Counted from the stretch's first letter, positions 21,182 through 31,969 are shown. The stretch: DNA of 64,000 nucleotides from Candidatus Bathyarchaeota archaeon (GCA_963770935.1 CAVYRJ010000001.1:160001-224000); one strand, 5' to 3'. The notes: generated by a model not told the origin, from the letters alone. Translations and numbers: made by a program.

Positions 21182-21859
21182 ATGCTGTTGGTGGAGAAAA
21201 AAAGTTACGATTGGTTTGAGCAACGTCGCAAAACAAGAGGCTTAGAACTCGCTCACGAACAAATAACAAAGGCTTTTGATACAGTAACTTGGCTGAATAA
21301 AGCAACCAAAAGCTTTGCTGAGAAGAATTTTAAGGAATCCCAAAAGTACATTGACAACCTATACAAAGCTGAAGAAGAAGTTGACACTCTTCGAACAGAC
21401 GTTTTCATGGAGCTATCGAAGGGAGCAGCTCTTGTTGCTGATTACCGCGAAGACCTTCTGCACCTTGTAAAGAGGCTTGATACATTAGCAGATCACACTA
21501 AAGATGCAGCTAGATGCCTTGAAATGCTTGGTGAAGCTGAGATTCCACAGGAACTGTCTCAGAAGACGGTTTATATGACTACCAAGTTAGTGGAGACAGC
21601 TCAAACCTTAAGAGGCGCCATTGAGAAAATCTCATCCAACCCCAATGAAGCTATAAAAGAAGCAAAAGCCGTCGGAGATATCGAACACGCAATCGACGTT
21701 GAATATCTCAAAGCTAAAAGCCTATTCGTCAAGTACGGTGTAAACATAAACTGTGGAGCCATGGTAATCTTTGATGACTTAATTGAGTTCATTGAGCAAG
21801 CCGCAGACATGTGCGCTGACACTGCAGACTATATCATAGTGCTTTCAAGCAGAGAATAA
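21182..21859 (+). CDS. DUF47/PhoU-like phosphate transport regulator
   Basis: Helical repeat EEEVDTLR...REDLLHLVKRLDTLAD, EHAID...IEQAADMCADTAD. Confidence 0.85.
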   Translation: MLLVEKKSYDWFEQRRKTRGLELAHEQITKAFDTVTWLNKATKSFAEKNFKESQKYIDNLYKAEEEVDTLRTDVFMELSKGAALVADYREDLLHLVKRLDTLADHTKDAARCLEMLGEAEIPQELSQKTVYMTTKLVETAQTLRGAIEKISSNPNEAIKEAKAVGDIEHAIDVEYLKAKSLFVKYGVNINCGAMVIFDDLIEFIEQAADMCADTADYIIVLSSRE

Positions 21860-21972
21860 ATGTACCATTCTTTTCCATTTTATTATTTTTTTAAATATAG
21901 AGCAAAGAAAAAATTCTAGCTTACTTATTTAAGGAAAAGTTGATTTGAACGCTTACTCTTTGCAGATAGTGT

Positions 21973-22605
21973 ATGTTAGAATACTTGGTATTGGTTGCCG
22001 CCGTTGCGTCATTGCTTGCTGCCTTTATTTACATACGTTCCATGTTCAAGGGTCAAACCAAGCCAAACAGGGTTACCTGGTTTATGTGGTCGGTTGCTCC
22101 TTTCATAGCGACTTCCGCAGCGCTATCCAATGGTATAGGCTGGGCAGTCATACCCGTTTTCATGTCTGGGGTCTCCCCGTTTCTGATATTTACAGCTTCA
22201 TTTTTCAACAAGAGAGCATACTGGAAAACATCAGTAGTTGATTACCTCTGTGGAGTACTATCAGGTCTAGCCGTTGCCCTTTGGTTTGTAACCAATAATC
22301 CCAATTTAGCAATCACCTTTGCGATAGTGAGCGACGCACTCGCCGCAATACCAACTTTAACTAAGGTATGGCATAATCCAGAGACCGAATCTGCTTGGCC
22401 CTTCATTGTAGGTGTATTTAGTCCATTGACGAGTTTTTTGGTAGCCACAACTTGGGGCTTTTCCGAGTTGGCTTTTCCCATCTACCTGATAGTAATAAAT
22501 ACCGTGCTTGTTTTTTCAGTGTTAAAGAGAAATTTAGCGAACATTGAAGGAAACGGAAGATTAGCGGTCCGCGGGCATTCGACAACCCTGAGGCGATTTT
22601 TATGA
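21973..22605 (+). CDS. Multi-pass membrane protein
   Basis: About 6 hydrophobic segments; YIRSMFKGQTKPNRVTWFMW and DALAAIPTLTKVWHNPETES motifs. Confidence 0.8.
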   Translation: MLEYLVLVAAVASLLAAFIYIRSMFKGQTKPNRVTWFMWSVAPFIATSAALSNGIGWAVIPVFMSGVSPFLIFTASFFNKRAYWKTSVVDYLCGVLSGLAVALWFVTNNPNLAITFAIVSDALAAIPTLTKVWHNPETESAWPFIVGVFSPLTSFLVATTWGFSELAFPIYLIVINTVLVFSVLKRNLANIEGNGRLAVRGHSTTLRRFL

Positions 22606-22994
22606 AGCTCACTGGATTGGGCTTGGCGATTCCTGAAAAGTCTTCTGTGGAAAATGCAGCTAATAAAGTTACTGAACAGCCCACAACAACAACGCAGATG
22701 CCAAGGCTGAAAGATGCAGAAGTTGAAGATTTGCCGACCGGTAATGATGCGATTGGGTTCTTATGGGCTGCTCTTCGAATTCTCAAAGAGCCAGAAGTCT
22801 GCAAAGACGAAGCAAAGAAGTTGTGTTGAAAATTGCGCTTGGCAGACTAATAGGTACAGGATCCTTGCGCGAGAATTTTTTTCGATCTACAGTCACAGGT
22901 TTAGTCTAAGGTAATTTCATTATCAATAATTAGAAGAAAATTGAAAAGTTTAACAGTGCACTTGTGCTTTAACTGTTAAAAGGCATGAGTTATC

Positions 22995-23504
22995 TTGCAA
23001 TATGAAAATGTCATATTTCCTGATTCAGCAGGTTTTCAATGTAAGAACTGCGGTGTTTGTTGCAGAAACCAGCCGCCAGACATCAACTTGAAAGAACAAC
23101 ATAGGATAGAAGCCAAAGGATTCATGAATTTTTTGGAGGACTCCAATGATCCAAATAACAGAAACATCCGCAGAAACAAAGATGGAAGCTGCTTTTTCTT
23201 AACCGACGAAAACAAATGCAAGATTCACGCTGTCAAACCAGTAATATGCATTTTAGAACCATTCATTATAACAGACTTTGATTACAGGACAAATAGGATT
23301 TTTCTCAGCTTAAATCCGCTTGCAACAATAAATTGCAAAGGCATTTCTGGCGGAGACATTATCGCTCTGAAAGAAACAGTAAACGCGGCACAAACCATCG
23401 TTAAAGAGTTTTCAGAAATAATTGCAAAGAAAATAGGTCTTCCAGTTACTGACAAGAAAGTTGACTCTATAACAAAGAGACTATTTAGAGATTTCAATTT
23501 CTGA
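22995..23504 (+). CDS. YkgJ-family Cys-cluster protein
   Basis: FQCKNCGVCC...CFFL...CKIHAVKPVICILEPF. Confidence 0.88.
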   Translation: MQYENVIFPDSAGFQCKNCGVCCRNQPPDINLKEQHRIEAKGFMNFLEDSNDPNNRNIRRNKDGSCFFLTDENKCKIHAVKPVICILEPFIITDFDYRTNRIFLSLNPLATINCKGISGGDIIALKETVNAAQTIVKEFSEIIAKKIGLPVTDKKVDSITKRLFRDFNF

Positions 23505-24421
23505 CAAGGTAGCGGCAACAAAGTTTTTTAGAAAAAGAAGGCCGCTTTAGCTAAAAGGGGAAACCAAACCGATAGCTTTTCTGTTTAATAAAAGAATACA
23601 AAAATTTCATTTATCAATTCCAAGTTCTAGCATCTATATGAGTTTTGATGAACCATTTGAAATGCTGAGCAAACATCGCGAAAAAGTCAGTTTCAAAAAA
23701 TCATATGCCTCTTGATATGTCGGACTGCTCTTACATCAGATAGGTGGCGGGTGTCTAAGTCTAGGAACTTACTAATATGTTATTTTTTTTTATAAGTTTA
23801 TGCACAGGTTTGAAGCTTAGAAGGCAACACGGATAAGGAGCGCAGGATAGTCTAATAGTAAAGGAGGGCAATCAAAATAAAAACAAAAGCGAAAAACAAA
23901 CCGAAAGATCAGAAAAAAATAAATCAAACAAAAAACAAAGGAAAAAAGGAATGGAAACAGAGATAAAAAGCAGATAAAATCAAAAACAAGCTTTAACCAT
24001 TTGCTTATGAACATTTCTTGCTCTATTGTCTAGCAGATATTTCATTAAGAAATACTTAATGTCGTTAACGCGTTTATTTTTATTTTCGTTTTTTAGTTTT
24101 TTTCTTTGTGTGGGTGTGGCGTCCTAAAATTGCACACCACACTCGAGGCTTTAGAAACGTTTGCTTTCCCGGTTAGGTTGCTTCCATTTGTATTTTGAGT
24201 TTACAAAGAGGATTTGTTCAACACATTCAACATGGAATTTATGTTGAACAGTGTGAATGTGAGTGTGCAAGCATGTTAACAACTCCATTCCTATGTCTTA
24301 AATGGGAATTGTTCCTAAAAAATCCGAAAATATTAGTCCCAACTTATGGCAGTGTCATCCGCTGCAGGGTTAAAGCAAAAAGCACTAAATGAGCGAATCG
24401 GTGTTGCTGCTCTTAAAAGGT

Positions 24422-24500
24422 TGGCGGGCCCGCTGGGATTTGAACCCAGGACCTCCGGCTCCGCAGGCCGGTGTCATAATCCGTACTAGACGACGAGCCC
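24422..24500 (-). tRNA. tRNA-Arg(GCG), intronless, CCA encoded
   Basis: Reverse complement GGGCTCG...CCGGC-CT-GCG-GA-GCCGG...CTGGG-TTCAAAT-CCCAG-CGGGCCC-G-CCA folds as a cloverleaf. Confidence 0.96.
24480..24500 (+). repeat. att site, left copy (TCCGTACTAGACGACGAGCCC)
   Basis: Identical to 43376-43396; corresponds to nucleotides 1-21 of the tRNA-Arg. Confidence 0.93.
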
Positions 24501-25195
24501 CCAGCACTGGATTATGCTACAAATACGAAACAGAGATAATAAAAACGTTGCTTACGATGCGGAGCAACGGATTGAAAGAAGGCACACTTAGAGCAGTCAA
24601 CTATCAGCTAAAATACTTAGACAGAAATGCAGACCTAAAGAACCGTGATGAAGTGAAAGTGTTTATAGCATCGATGAAGCAAGCAAACAGCTACAAGCAA
24701 TGTGTGGTTAAAGCATACAATTATTTTGCAGACACAAATGGAATTAATCGCATAGAAACTCATTTCAAATACCAAAGAAAAATTCCATTGATACCTTCTA
24801 GCGAGAATGTAAATAAAATAATTTCAGCATCAAGCAAAAAATACGAAACCATATTTAGAATATTAGACGAAACCGGTTTAGAAGAACAAGAACTAAGAAA
24901 CGTCACACGAAACGACATAGACACCGAAAAAGGGATAATAAACGCTCAAGGATGCAAAAACCACAAATCACGCTCATTCAAACTAAAACCAGAAACTGCA
25001 GAAATGCTAAGACCTTACCTGTTCAAGTATTCAGATTTTCGACCATTTCCAGAAACGCACTACATGAGCGAAATATGGGCGAGAACAAGAAACAAGTTAG
25101 CAGATAAACTGCAACAACCAGAACTCAAGAAAATACCGCTGAGAAATCTTAGACACAAATTCGCAACACTTACCTACGATAAAACTAAAGATTAG
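24480..25195 (+). pseudogene. Tyrosine recombinase/integrase, C-terminal part of a split gene, truncated
   Basis: IFRILDETGLEEQEL (box I-like, Arg position altered), GCKNH, IPLRNLRHKFAT (box II-like); stops at TKD* before the expected LGH...Y nucleophile. The track's N-terminus (24389-24479) is antisense tRNA. Confidence 0.85.
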
Positions 25196-25199
25196 CCTA

Positions 25200-26328
25200 C
25201 AGTATCAAACCAGGAGAAGAAGGACGTATAGTATGGATTCAAAATCGAACATCTATGTTTGACGTAGCACAGGGACCACAAATATACAAAGACGGAATCT
25301 ATTGGAAAGGCGACCAAGCAACATTAAAATGGTCATACTACGATGCTACAACAGGCAATTACTTGGGTGATACTGAACCAATCGATAATGGCTTAGCCAT
25401 CTATTCAATGTCAGGACGATCCGTTCTAGCCTACAACAACCTCTACAGCACAGGCTACGACGGGTATGTACGTGCGTGGAATCAAACAGGAGACAACATA
25501 TGGCAATGGTACGCTGGAAGCGCTGGATACGATACACCATATGGTTCATGGCCACTGCAGGGATCATACACTGGCCCAAAGGCAGCTGATGGAAAGATTT
25601 TCGTTGCAAACGGCGAACACACCCCAATGAACGAGTTATGACGAGGCGGCAGACTTTACGCAATAAATGCAACAACAGGAGAAGAAGTCTGGAGCATATC
25701 AGGAACACAGGCTGAAGCTTCTCCAATGGGAGTAGCTTGGGGCACTCTAGTTTACCTCAACGGATACGATGGAAAAGTGTATTGTTTTGGAAAAGGACAA
25801 AGCAGCACTACAGTTTCAGCGCCTCAAACAGCCGTAACACTCGGGCAGCAAATAGTGATAACTGGAACAGTTATGGATCAATCGCCAAATCAAGAAAACA
25901 CTCCAGCCATATCAGATGAGAGCATGAGTGCTTGGATGGAATACCTACACATTTAACAACCGATTCCCACTAATGCCACAGGAGTTGAAGTAACACTAGA
26001 TGTGATCGATTCCAACGGAAACTTCAGAAACATTGGAAAAGTTACATCCGACATTACAGGTTCTTATGGCTATACATGGCAGCCTGATATTGCGGGGCAG
26101 TATCAGCTCATCGCTACGTTCGCTGGATCAGAATCTTACGGTAGTTCGCGTGCACAGACCTATTTCTCTGCAGTCGATGTCCCGCAGGCGACACCTACTT
26201 CTCAGCCAGTGCAAGTTGATATGGCTACTCAAGCTGACCTAATGCTCTATGTCGGCGCTTCTACAATCGCTATAGTTTTAGCAATAGCTGTGACCGGAAT
26301 GCTAATGATCAGAAAAAGAACTAATTAG
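25200..26328 (+). pseudogene. C-terminal remnant of a PQQ-like beta-propeller surface protein
   Basis: Fragments GYDTPYGSWP...ADGKIFVANGEHTP / YDGKVYCFGKG...PAISDESMSAWMEYL / IDSNGNFRNIG...FAGSESY + TM + RKR tail; in-frame stops at ~25639 and ~25954; 5' half replaced by the integrase. Confidence 0.88.
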
Positions 26329-26613
26329 CAATTAACCGTTCCCTCCTTTTTTTATTTAAACTTACAACATATTCGATAGGCGTTGACATTTCCATTATCG
26401 CCAAATCGGGTATTTTGCTCAAGCACTTATTCACGAAAGTCCGATCAAAAGTAATCAATCGAATTTTCCTCCACACATGGGGCATTGTTTCTTTATTGTG
26501 TTTGAAGGTGTTGGAAGTTGGAAATTAATAATCCTGCTAAGTAAGAAGCGCCTAATTAGTGAATTAGAATAGGGCTTTTATAATCATTAAATAAATTATA
26601 TTGAGAACTGAAT

Positions 26614-26757
26614 TTGCCAATTTACTACACTTGCAGAAAATGCAGAAAAGACTATTCAAAAGAAGAATATTCGCATGACAAATTCTGCAAGGAATGCGGT
26701 TCATTCCTTCTGTTGTACATTCAAGAAAGAGCAGAAGCAAGCAGCAGTTCAAACTAA
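26614..26757 (+). CDS. Zinc-ribbon peptide, probably the frameshifted N-terminus of the downstream exonuclease
   Basis: TTG start: MPIYYTCRKCRKDYSKEEYSHDKFCKECGSFLLL...; overlaps ORF 26694 in another frame. Confidence 0.55.
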   Translation: MPIYYTCRKCRKDYSKEEYSHDKFCKECGSFLLLYIQERAEASSSSN

Positions 26758-27848
26758 CTCAAACTGCTCCTCCTGAAAGGTTTGCGCTACAAAGAGCGGC
26801 TGAAAGCCTTCGAAGTAGGGTAGGGCGCTCAAGAGATTATGAGGTAGTGCCTGATGCAGAAAAGGAGCAGTCAAAGGGACCTTCGTTTGAGAGTTGGATG
26901 TGGAACTCCGAATTTGATGAAGCATTAAAACTCAAAAGGGTTGTCATGAAAAAATACAAGGGCAAAGACTTGGAAGATGTCATTCCGGGTAAAGTGGTTT
27001 CAAACGAGCAGGGGGAATGCTATGCTGTTTCTGCTTCCTGCACTTCAAACTTCAAGAAAGCCACCTATGAAGATAGTAGACGGATAATAATTTCTGACCT
27101 CAAAGTTCTTTCTGGAATAGGACCTGTTCGAGAGTTGGCACTTCGGGAGCAGGGTTATAACACGATTGAAGACCTTTTGAATCATCCGATTTGGCAAGAT
27201 GAAGCTCGCAAATTCATGAAAATCGTGGACAAGAAAGATGTTGATTTAACCCAGAGGTGGCTTTGGCAACGACTGCCTAAATCCCATCCTTTTCTTCACT
27301 ATTTGGCTGGGTTTTGTCAGGATCAAGATTTTGCGATAATAGACATTGAGACTTTGGGGCTTTCTGAAAGACCCATAATTCTGTTGGGTATTGCTAAAAT
27401 AGATGGAGATAGAATCTGCACAAGCCAGTTTCTTCTCAGGGATATTCCCGATGAGCCTGGAGCTATCTGGGCGCTCGTCTCACAACTTGAACCTAAATCG
27501 TCACTGATAAGTTACAATGGTAGAAGCTTCGATATTCCATACATAAAACAGAGGCTTGCATACTACGGTTTAGATTCAGCTCTGGACAATACCCATTTTG
27601 ACCTCCTTCATTTCGCCAGAAGAGCACTGCGACCCAAGCTTTCGGATTGCAGGCTTGACACGGTTGAAAAATACATCGGCATAAGAAGAGACATCAACAT
27701 TCCAGGCGCGTTAGTTCCCCAATTCTACGAAACCTACCTAAAAACCAAAAACGTCGGACCACTGGTTCCCATAGTTGAACACAACAAACAAGACTTGCTA
27801 ACACTCGGTAGCTTATTCTCCAAACTCTATGAGGAATGGAACCTTTGA
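26694..27848 (+). CDS. YprB/MrfB-like RNase H-fold (DEDD) exonuclease with HhH motif
   Basis: LSGIGPVRE (HhH), IIDIETLGL, SYNGRSFDIPYI, HFDLLH, HNKQDL. Confidence 0.88.
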   Translation: MRFIPSVVHSRKSRSKQQFKLTQTAPPERFALQRAAESLRSRVGRSRDYEVVPDAEKEQSKGPSFESWMWNSEFDEALKLKRVVMKKYKGKDLEDVIPGKVVSNEQGECYAVSASCTSNFKKATYEDSRRIIISDLKVLSGIGPVRELALREQGYNTIEDLLNHPIWQDEARKFMKIVDKKDVDLTQRWLWQRLPKSHPFLHYLAGFCQDQDFAIIDIETLGLSERPIILLGIAKIDGDRICTSQFLLRDIPDEPGAIWALVSQLEPKSSLISYNGRSFDIPYIKQRLAYYGLDSALDNTHFDLLHFARRALRPKLSDCRLDTVEKYIGIRRDINIPGALVPQFYETYLKTKNVGPLVPIVEHNKQDLLTLGSLFSKLYEEWNL

Positions 27849-30097
27849 TCGACGACTTCATCAAGAACATTAAGCAGATGCAGTCCTACAAGAAACAAAT
27901 CGTCCATGTCCAAAAAATTGCTGCTCAAAAAGCAAGCTTTGGCGAATTGGAAAAACCGCTCCCAGAAAACATCCATAACTGCCTACTTAATCGCGAAATC
28001 TCTTTCTACTCGCATCAAGCTGAGGCAATAAACAAAGCACGGCAAGGCAAGAACGTAGTCATAGTTACACCAACTGCATCAGGGAAAACCTTAGCCTTCA
28101 ACATCCCAGTCCTTGAAGCTCTAACAGAAGACCCGAAAGCAACTGCACTATACCTCTACCCCACAAAAGCGCTAACAAACGACCAGCTAAAAGTGCTAAA
28201 AGAATTGGAGAAAGAAATAGGAATCAAAGTATCCCCAAACATCTACGACGGGGACACTCCGCAAAGTCAAAGAGCAAGCATCCGCGAAAACTCAAAAATC
28301 ATTCTAACCAATCCTTATGGTCTGCATCAGTATTTGCCTTGGCATTATAAATGGCGGACTTTTCTGCAAAACCTAAAATTCATAGTAATAGATGAAGCAC
28401 ACGTTTACCGAGGAGTCTTCGGCTCCAACGTAGCCATGCTCCTCAGACGGCTAATGAGAATATGCAGCTATTACCATGCAGAACCCCAAATCATACTCTC
28501 ATCAGCAACTATTGCCAATCCAGAGGAACATGCCAAGAAATTAACTGGAAAAGACTTTGAAATTATCTCCAAAGACGGTGCACCGAAAGGAAAAAAGACA
28601 TTCATGTTTTGGAACCCACCATTCATCGATGACAACAATACAATTCGCCGATCCACCCACCAAGAAACCAAAGACCTCTTAACTCTTAGCATTCTGAAAA
28701 ACCTTCAAACTCTATGCTTCACCACATCAAGGCAAATGGCTGAACTCATAACAAGATGGACCAAAGAAGAACTTAGAAAGAGGTCACCAAAACTTCAAAA
28801 CGCAATTACTGCATATAGGGCAGGCTATCTCCCACAAGAGAGAAGACAAATTGAAAACCGACTAAAATACAAAGAATTAATCGGAGTTGTCTCAACCAAT
28901 GCTCTTGAACTTGGAATCGACATAGGCTCCTTGGATTCAGTGATAATCTCTGGCTATCCAGGAACAGTCATATCCACTTGGCAACAAGCTGGACGTGCAG
29001 GCAGAACCGAAGCAGATTCACTGGTTACTCTTGTTGCTTTTCAAAACCCACTTGACCAATACTTCATGAAACATCCAGAAGACTTCTTCGGACGACCGCA
29101 TGAACAAGCTATAATCGATCTGCATAACCAGTACATCTCTCTTGGGCACATAATGTGCGCTGCCAGCGAACTCCCAATAACTGAAGATGACAAAAGATTC
29201 TTCCCAGAACTCTTTTCAGAAAGCATCCAAGCATTGGAAGAGCAGCATCTTGTCAGAAAAACACCCAGAGGATATGTCTACTCAGGAACCGCAAGACCCG
29301 TTGAAGTTGTCAGCCTTGAGAGCATATCCGACAAAACTGTAACTGTCCTTGCCAATGGTAGCGTACTTGAAACGTTAACGCTAAACAAGGCCTATGAAGA
29401 AGTGCATGCGGGCGCAGTTTTGCTGCATCAGGGAGAAACCTTCATTTCCGAAGAACTCAACCTCGAAGATTTAACAGCAAAGGTCAGGCAGGAAGACGTT
29501 AACTACTACACAGAAGCACTGAAAACAGTCGATGTAGCCATAAAGAAGACCTTCGAAGAAAAACAAGACAAGGTCAAGATCGGTCTGGGAGAATTAACCA
29601 TAACCGAAAACTACCACCAATATATCACAAAAACCTACGATGAAATAATCAAGCGACAACCACTCGATTTGCCCCCGTTAACGTTCACAACGGTCGGCAT
29701 GTGGTTCTTGATTCCAGACAAACTCAGAGAAGAACTCGACGCCCAAAACCTCGATTTCGACGGCGGACTTCATGCGGTTGAACATGCGATGATAGCTATG
29801 TCGCCGATATTTGCCATGTGCGACAGATGGGACATAGGCGGATTATCAACGCCCCTTCACCCAGACACCGGAGAACCAACAATCTTTATCTATGATGGGT
29901 TTGAAGGAGGAATCGGAATATCAGAGAACCTCTACTCAAACATTAAACCACTCTGGGAAAAGACTTTGAAATTGATTGAAAATTGCGAATGCAAAGACGG
30001 ATGCCCCTCATGCATTTACTCACCAAAATGCGGCAACGAAAACGAACCACTAGATAAAAAAGCTGCAACTATCATCCTAAGACACTTAACAAGCTGA
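27836..30097 (+). CDS. YprA/MrfA/Hrq1-like DEAH helicase with DUF1998 zinc domain
   Basis: TPTASGKT, DEAH, SATIANP, STNALELGIDIG, QQAGRAGR, IYDGFEGGIG, CECKDGCPSCIYSPKCGN; overlaps the exonuclease stop. Confidence 0.95.
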   Translation: MEPLIDDFIKNIKQMQSYKKQIVHVQKIAAQKASFGELEKPLPENIHNCLLNREISFYSHQAEAINKARQGKNVVIVTPTASGKTLAFNIPVLEALTEDPKATALYLYPTKALTNDQLKVLKELEKEIGIKVSPNIYDGDTPQSQRASIRENSKIILTNPYGLHQYLPWHYKWRTFLQNLKFIVIDEAHVYRGVFGSNVAMLLRRLMRICSYYHAEPQIILSSATIANPEEHAKKLTGKDFEIISKDGAPKGKKTFMFWNPPFIDDNNTIRRSTHQETKDLLTLSILKNLQTLCFTTSRQMAELITRWTKEELRKRSPKLQNAITAYRAGYLPQERRQIENRLKYKELIGVVSTNALELGIDIGSLDSVIISGYPGTVISTWQQAGRAGRTEADSLVTLVAFQNPLDQYFMKHPEDFFGRPHEQAIIDLHNQYISLGHIMCAASELPITEDDKRFFPELFSESIQALEEQHLVRKTPRGYVYSGTARPVEVVSLESISDKTVTVLANGSVLETLTLNKAYEEVHAGAVLLHQGETFISEELNLEDLTAKVRQEDVNYYTEALKTVDVAIKKTFEEKQDKVKIGLGELTITENYHQYITKTYDEIIKRQPLDLPPLTFTTVGMWFLIPDKLREELDAQNLDFDGGLHAVEHAMIAMSPIFAMCDRWDIGGLSTPLHPDTGEPTIFIYDGFEGGIGISENLYSNIKPLWEKTLKLIENCECKDGCPSCIYSPKCGNENEPLDKKAATIILRHLTS

Positions 30098-30139
30098 CTT
30101 TCATTTACGCTAAAGCAACAAAAAAGAGGGCTATCTCAA

Positions 30140-30328
30140 CCTGAAACGATTTTTCCACTTAGCATAAGAGGTGTCAAAGAGGTTTTTCCAGGGTTTGCGT
30201 TGAGTGATTTTGCAGTTCTGCAGGGTTCGTCTGTTTTGCCTTTGGCATCGTTGTTGTGTGTGAAAGCGCAGCTTCCTCCTCAACTCGGCGGATTGCAGAG
30301 CAGTATTATTTTTATCGATTGGGGATAA
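30140..30328 (+). pseudogene. RadA/Rad51-like fragment with degenerate Walker A
   Basis: VFPGFALSDFAVLQGSS...SLLCVKAQLPPQLGGLQSSIIFID resembles the Rad51/RadA LCV..QLP...GG...IFID segment. Confidence 0.6.
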
Positions 30329-30478
30329 AATAAAATCTCGAATTTAAAGTCGCTTTTGGGCGAGCCTTCCAGAAGCATTATTGCTTCACTTTTAACGCTC
30401 TTCTACTGTAATTCAAAATCTCTGACTAGTTCATTAGTTCGTCTTACTTAATACAATCCCCGAAGCGGAAGAACAGAT

Positions 30479-30802
30479 ATGAGCACAGCTGACACTGAGA
30501 AAGACTCTGGGAAAGAGGTTTGTTGTGAATATGCTACAGCTGTGACTGGTTTAGGCGAATTTGAATTATGTATTCGCGAGTGCGGCAATCAAACTTGTCC
30601 TCAATCTATTTTTTCTAATCCGGCAATCTACGAAAGATGCCCACAGCGGTTGAAGTACAAAAAAGACGGCTTGATTTTGAATCAAAGTGAACCGAAAAAG
30701 GTTTTTGTTCACGTTCACTCAAAACAAGAGTCTGTACCGAAATTCACCGGTATGAACTGCAACGGCTGCCAATACAAGGCTGGTTCTTATTGTTGGGGCT
30801 AA
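30479..30802 (+). CDS. Cys-rich hypothetical protein
   Basis: 107 aa with CC, CxxxCxxxxC and CNGC motifs. Confidence 0.55.
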   Translation: MSTADTEKDSGKEVCCEYATAVTGLGEFELCIRECGNQTCPQSIFSNPAIYERCPQRLKYKKDGLILNQSEPKKVFVHVHSKQESVPKFTGMNCNGCQYKAGSYCWG

Positions 30803-30847
30803 TGCACAATGAACATTTGGAAAAGAAAACCTGATTGGTGAGGGTTA

Positions 30848-31070
30848 ATGAGTAAGGAAAAAAGCGTATCTTTGCAGTGGATGATGTGAATATTTTGAGA
30901 ATTTTTAGGAGTATTTTGAAAAAGAAGGATACGTAATTGATACGGTTGAGACCGGTAAAGATGCCCTTAAGAAAATCGAAAGGAGAAGTTCAACGTGTGC
31001 TTAGTTGACGTTAGGCTCCCTGACATGGAAGGAACTGAGCTTCTCCTCGATATGGCAGAGTTCTTTTACT
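30848..31070 (+). pseudogene. Response-regulator receiver (REC) domain remnant
   Basis: Across frames: KRIFAVDD..ILRIFRSIL / KEGYVIDTVETGKDALKKI / FNVCLVDVRLPDMEGTELL. Confidence 0.75.
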
Positions 31071-31969
31071 TCGGCAATCCAACAAGTATGCGGCACAAAG
31101 CCTAAAGACGAATCAACCATAAAACTCACATGGCTATTTCTCTAATGACTTTAAGAAGCAAGGCGTTGAAACGACTAACACCCGTAATTGAGAGATAGTT
31201 AAAAGTGGAAGGCTGAGGAGCTGACGTTTCTTAGAAATACGTGTTAGCTAACAAGATGACTAATCTAAAAGAAAGCACCATAACGAACAATTTGAGTTAT
31301 TGCTCAAATCCTACATGCCTCAATGGGAACAAAGCAAACAAGAACTCAACAACGGCATTCTTAGTTATTCTGAATGGGCAGAGTAGACTTAGACTCTTGC
31401 TCCACAATGGGGACACTTATCTGCCGTCTCTTTGTAAATATTCTTGCAGTAGGCTCAGCTATTTTTAGTTAAATATTGGCAGTTATTAAATAAAGCAAAA
31501 CTCAAAATTACACGTTTCGGGCACTCAATGTAAGACAAATTAAGAACCAAGTGCTATATTATTTAGGTGAATATTTTTGCGTAAACAACACAGACCAGAA
31601 GGATCGACAACCTCCTCTCCAAACAGGAGCAGTATAGCAAGAAAAGCAAATGCCGCCAATAGTTCGAGACAGAAGCAAGCCAACGATAATCGTTCGAGAC
31701 AGACTCAAGCCGATAATTCAAAGAAGTAAAACAGTATTTTATACTTCTAAATTAAATTTTAATGCGTGGATTGAATATACTGTAATGAAACGGTTATGCG
31801 TTTTCGGCTTAGGCTGTCTACGGTTACTTCAATTCATTTTTTGTGATAGGAAGACTTAAAAAAGCAAGTCAACATAAAACTAAAGGAGAGAAAGTTTTTG
31901 GAAAAAACAGCGACGATTTATTCACTCTTGACTTTTTCGGCGTAGCTTTTTTGATTTTGGTGAAAACAT

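Noticed and set aside
22602-22914. Short ORFs downstream of the membrane protein
   Set aside because: No recognisable motif; overlapping alternatives in several frames mean none can be supported.
23745-23751. TGGCGGG match to the tRNA-Arg 3' end as an att site for a second island
   Set aside because: Only 7 bp, expected by chance.
24389-24479. Track-predicted integrase N-terminus (MSESV...WDLNPGPPAPQAG)
   Set aside because: This is antisense translation of the tRNA-Arg gene and its flank, outside the att-bounded element.
31640-31720. Mini CRISPR array
   Set aside because: Only two imperfect units with no spacer-length unique sequence, and no cas genes in the window.
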